Assembly (NCBI GenBank): GCA_051362555.1
Contig: CM120644.1
Coordinates: 4,100,954 to 4,164,953 of the forward strand
DNA from: Lingula anatina
Lineage: Eukaryota; Animalia; Brachiopoda
Direction: 5' to 3'
Length of the DNA stretch: 64,000 bases
In this document: positions 61,368 to 64,000 of the stretch, in pieces
Layout: the number at the start of each line of letters is the position of its first letter
Position numbering within the stretch: position 1 is the first letter of the stretch
Notes under the pieces: model-generated
Told to the model about the DNA's origin: nothing
Seen by the model: the letters and a program-made list of their open reading frames with translations, nothing else
Databases searched by the model: none
Translations under genes and position numbers: made by a program

Positions 61368-61685
61368 AAAGTGAATAAACGAAGGTAGTAACTTACCCTT
61401 GATCGGTATTGATGTTATTTGGTGTTGACTTCTACTTACGCGCTTGTCTTATTTGTCCGTGTGGCTGAGCTGTAAGCCAAAGAGTGTCTTCAGGAATGTG
61501 CACAAGATGCGTGGTCTCTGTCTTCCTCCGCACGTGATTCAAACCCGCGGCGCGATTGGCTAATAGTGCCATAAGGTTAAGTGGATGACGTAATGTTATT
61601 TACAGAGGCAGCTGTAGGAAGCGACTCGGGTAAAATCTTAGCTTGATAAATTAGATTATGGGCATGCAATAATCTTTATTTATCA
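61368..61685 (-). repeat. Split direct repeat A1 (318 bp), 5' end of the retrotransposon
   Basis: No differences seen by eye versus 51317-51634; on the minus strand it contains TTACGTCA, CCAAT, CACGTG and a GGTAAGT donor-like motif. Confidence 0.93.
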
Positions 61686-63025
61686 CCATCGAAATGTTTG
61701 CCCTTTGTTTACTGCCTGGGGACTGTTTGGCCTTTGTTTTCCATGGTTCATAAAACGGGTGCTGGGAGAGAGACAGAGAGAGAGTGAGAGAGAGAACAGC
61801 AGAAAAATATAAAAACATACATAGAGGATTGTTTGCTCTCCAGTACATTATAAAGTGCTATATTTCATGTACATGTAGATATGTTACTGATACAAATGGC
61901 TTTTTATTGTCTGATGGTTTTTGTCCAGTTCTACATATGTGTTGTATCCCACACATCCCCAAGCATGGACAGCGGCCACTCTTTCAGTTACTGGTCAGTC
62001 GTTCAGTTATTACTGCACTTGGAAAAATATTTGATAAGTAGCAGCAGCTTCCGTTGTTTTGTGTGTCAGTTGGCAGTTAGTTTGACCTCCCTCTGGCCTA
62101 TACTGTGTGTTATGAATGACCGGTCAAAAAAAAAGAAAAGTGGCCGCTTTAACAACAGTGTGTGTTTAATTTCAGCTACAAGTTTAAGATGGATGCTGAA
62201 GACAGGGTGAAAAATGATACGTTTTATAATTTTTTTTTTCTCAATGTTGAAGACATTTAAAGAAGAAATGCAACGTTTTAAAACTAGTTTTGAACAATGC
62301 TTTGTGTGGGTTAGTTTTTTTTATGGTTGGAGAAAAGCTATCATGACTTAACAAAAATTTAGATTTACTGATGTTGGAAAAAAGTTGAAAACAACTTGAC
62401 TGAAGAAGGCCGCAGGTTGTAAGGTGCCTCGTATTAATGGACCCCGCTAAAAGGATTCATGAAACTTTAAACTCTTCAAGAATTTATACTCTTTTAACCA
62501 AAGCAATGTTCTCCTGATTCGAAAAGTCGAAACTCTTTTTGAAAGACTTAACAGCCCTTGACTGGAATGTAAGCTGGGGGCAATTTGATATAACATCTAA
62601 ACGCTCTTAAAGGTAGTCTTGGACGGCTAAGTGAGATGTGGAAATCCAAGTGTTCCAGGGAGACAGCTGCAGTGACAGTGTGTTGCTGGTACGTGCCCTG
62701 GGACGGTTCAATTCAAGTGCCTACTCAAGATAAACTGTCTTAATAAAGGTCTTTTTCAGGGCTGGAGTAATCCCCTTCTCTCTTCTCCCCCCCCCCCCCC
62801 CCCTCCCCCTTCAATTCTATCTCCCTAATGTGTCTGAAGATATTTCATCATTGTTGGTTTGGGGGGGGGTCAATTTGTAAAATGACAAGGTTTTCAGAGC
62901 TACATTAATCTGTTTCTCTCTCCTCTCACATTACATTTTTAATTGTGCCTGTGGGGTGGCGGGGGGGGGGGGGGTAGCACACATGAGATAACTCGGGTCA
63001 GATCCTATTCGTATAGAGATAGAGT

Positions 63026-63125
<100 letters not shown>

Positions 63126-64000
63126 TCCAACCTCCATGGAAACCATCCTAAAACACGGTGGTTGTCACTAAAAGACTAAAAAAACCTATGCGGGAGTCTG
63201 TGCAACCTCCAGGCATATATATACCAATACCCAGTCTGTTGTAAGCTGAGCTAGTTTCTGTTGTGTAAACGTTCCTTTTGGCCAGTTGTGCAATGGTGGT
63301 TAACAGTCTGGACAGAGAGGACTTGGGGAGGAAGCTGTGCCTGGTGTCTCACTCAACTCATTTCACGGTCCATTATTTTATGGTGACCCTTCTGCACGCG
63401 GGATTAACTTAAACTACTGCCCATTGTCCACCTGAGGCGGGTGGTGTGTTAAAGGGACAGTTAAGTAAAATTGGGGCCCATTCACAGTTAATTGTGGCAT
63501 GCTGACCAGTTGTTAGTGATTAAATGTTTTATTATAAATCAATGGCATTTTCCATTAAATTTTTCAGTTTTTCACAATCTTCTTTGAAATTTTTACTAAC
63601 TGGCTTAAAGACCAATGCAAATTCAACTGAATCCACAGTAAAAGACATCTGAGATTGCTGGGCCCACATTGCTGTAGTTCTGGAGGTATTTGATTTTGCT
63701 TTTTGAATAGATTTAGATATATTCTTCCTAAGTGAAGTATGGTGAGGTATGGTCTCTTCTCACTGAGGTTCAGGAGCTGTCATTGTTTCATGTATTGGTA
63801 TACATATATATATTTGTGCCAGACATAAGACTTGAACTATCCATGGCCCAAACATTTGCTTTCTTAAGGTTGGATTTGTCTGCAGTCTTGGAGCCAGACA
63901 TTGGTTTCGGACCATAAACACTGACCATGTAACAAGTGACCGCTTGCCTGGCTGTCTCCCTATCTGACAAGCTGACCAAAGTGGTCTAAATCTGTGCAGG

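Larger units (their letters stand above)
51004..61685 (-). mobile_element. Tyrosine-recombinase retrotransposon with split direct repeats (Ngaro/PAT type), full length but coding-defective
   Basis: On the minus strand: A1(61685-61368) - SGNH - RT/RNase H - YR - B1(51842-51628) A2(51634-51317) - 98-bp spacer - B2(51218-51004). This A...BA...B layout plus RT/RH and tyrosine recombinase defines the split-direct-repeat group of the DIRS order. Confidence 0.93.

Overview
AT-rich eukaryotic (metazoan, probably marine invertebrate such as a mollusc; inferred from gene and repeat style) genomic DNA. On the + strand it carries the last 24 coding exons of VPS41 (112-11441, 5' end outside the window) followed ~1.7 kb later by the first three coding exons of a DRAK/STK17-family kinase (13105-49741; intron 1 is 29.8 kb and intron 3 runs off the window). 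Intron 3 of the kinase holds a complete 10.7-kb, minus-strand tyrosine-recombinase retrotransposon with Ngaro/PAT-type split direct repeats (51004-61685). Its repeats look identical by eye, but its SGNH-hydrolase, RT/RNase H and recombinase genes are all broken, and it carries nested cargo: a Helentron-type (HINE) element with a 146-bp array splitting the recombinase, a ~194-bp array, and a hairpin MITE. The main observation is that this MITE has 28 arm-to-arm mismatches that are all A>G on the retroelement's RNA strand, in ADAR-like context, while a sister copy outside the retroelement has no such bias. This looks like ADAR hyper-editing written into the genome by reverse transcription. The introns also contain several MITE families, a GC-rich candidate structured RNA (~27.8-28.05 kb) and microsatellites. 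All coordinates, alignments and counts were made by hand; no database searches were run.
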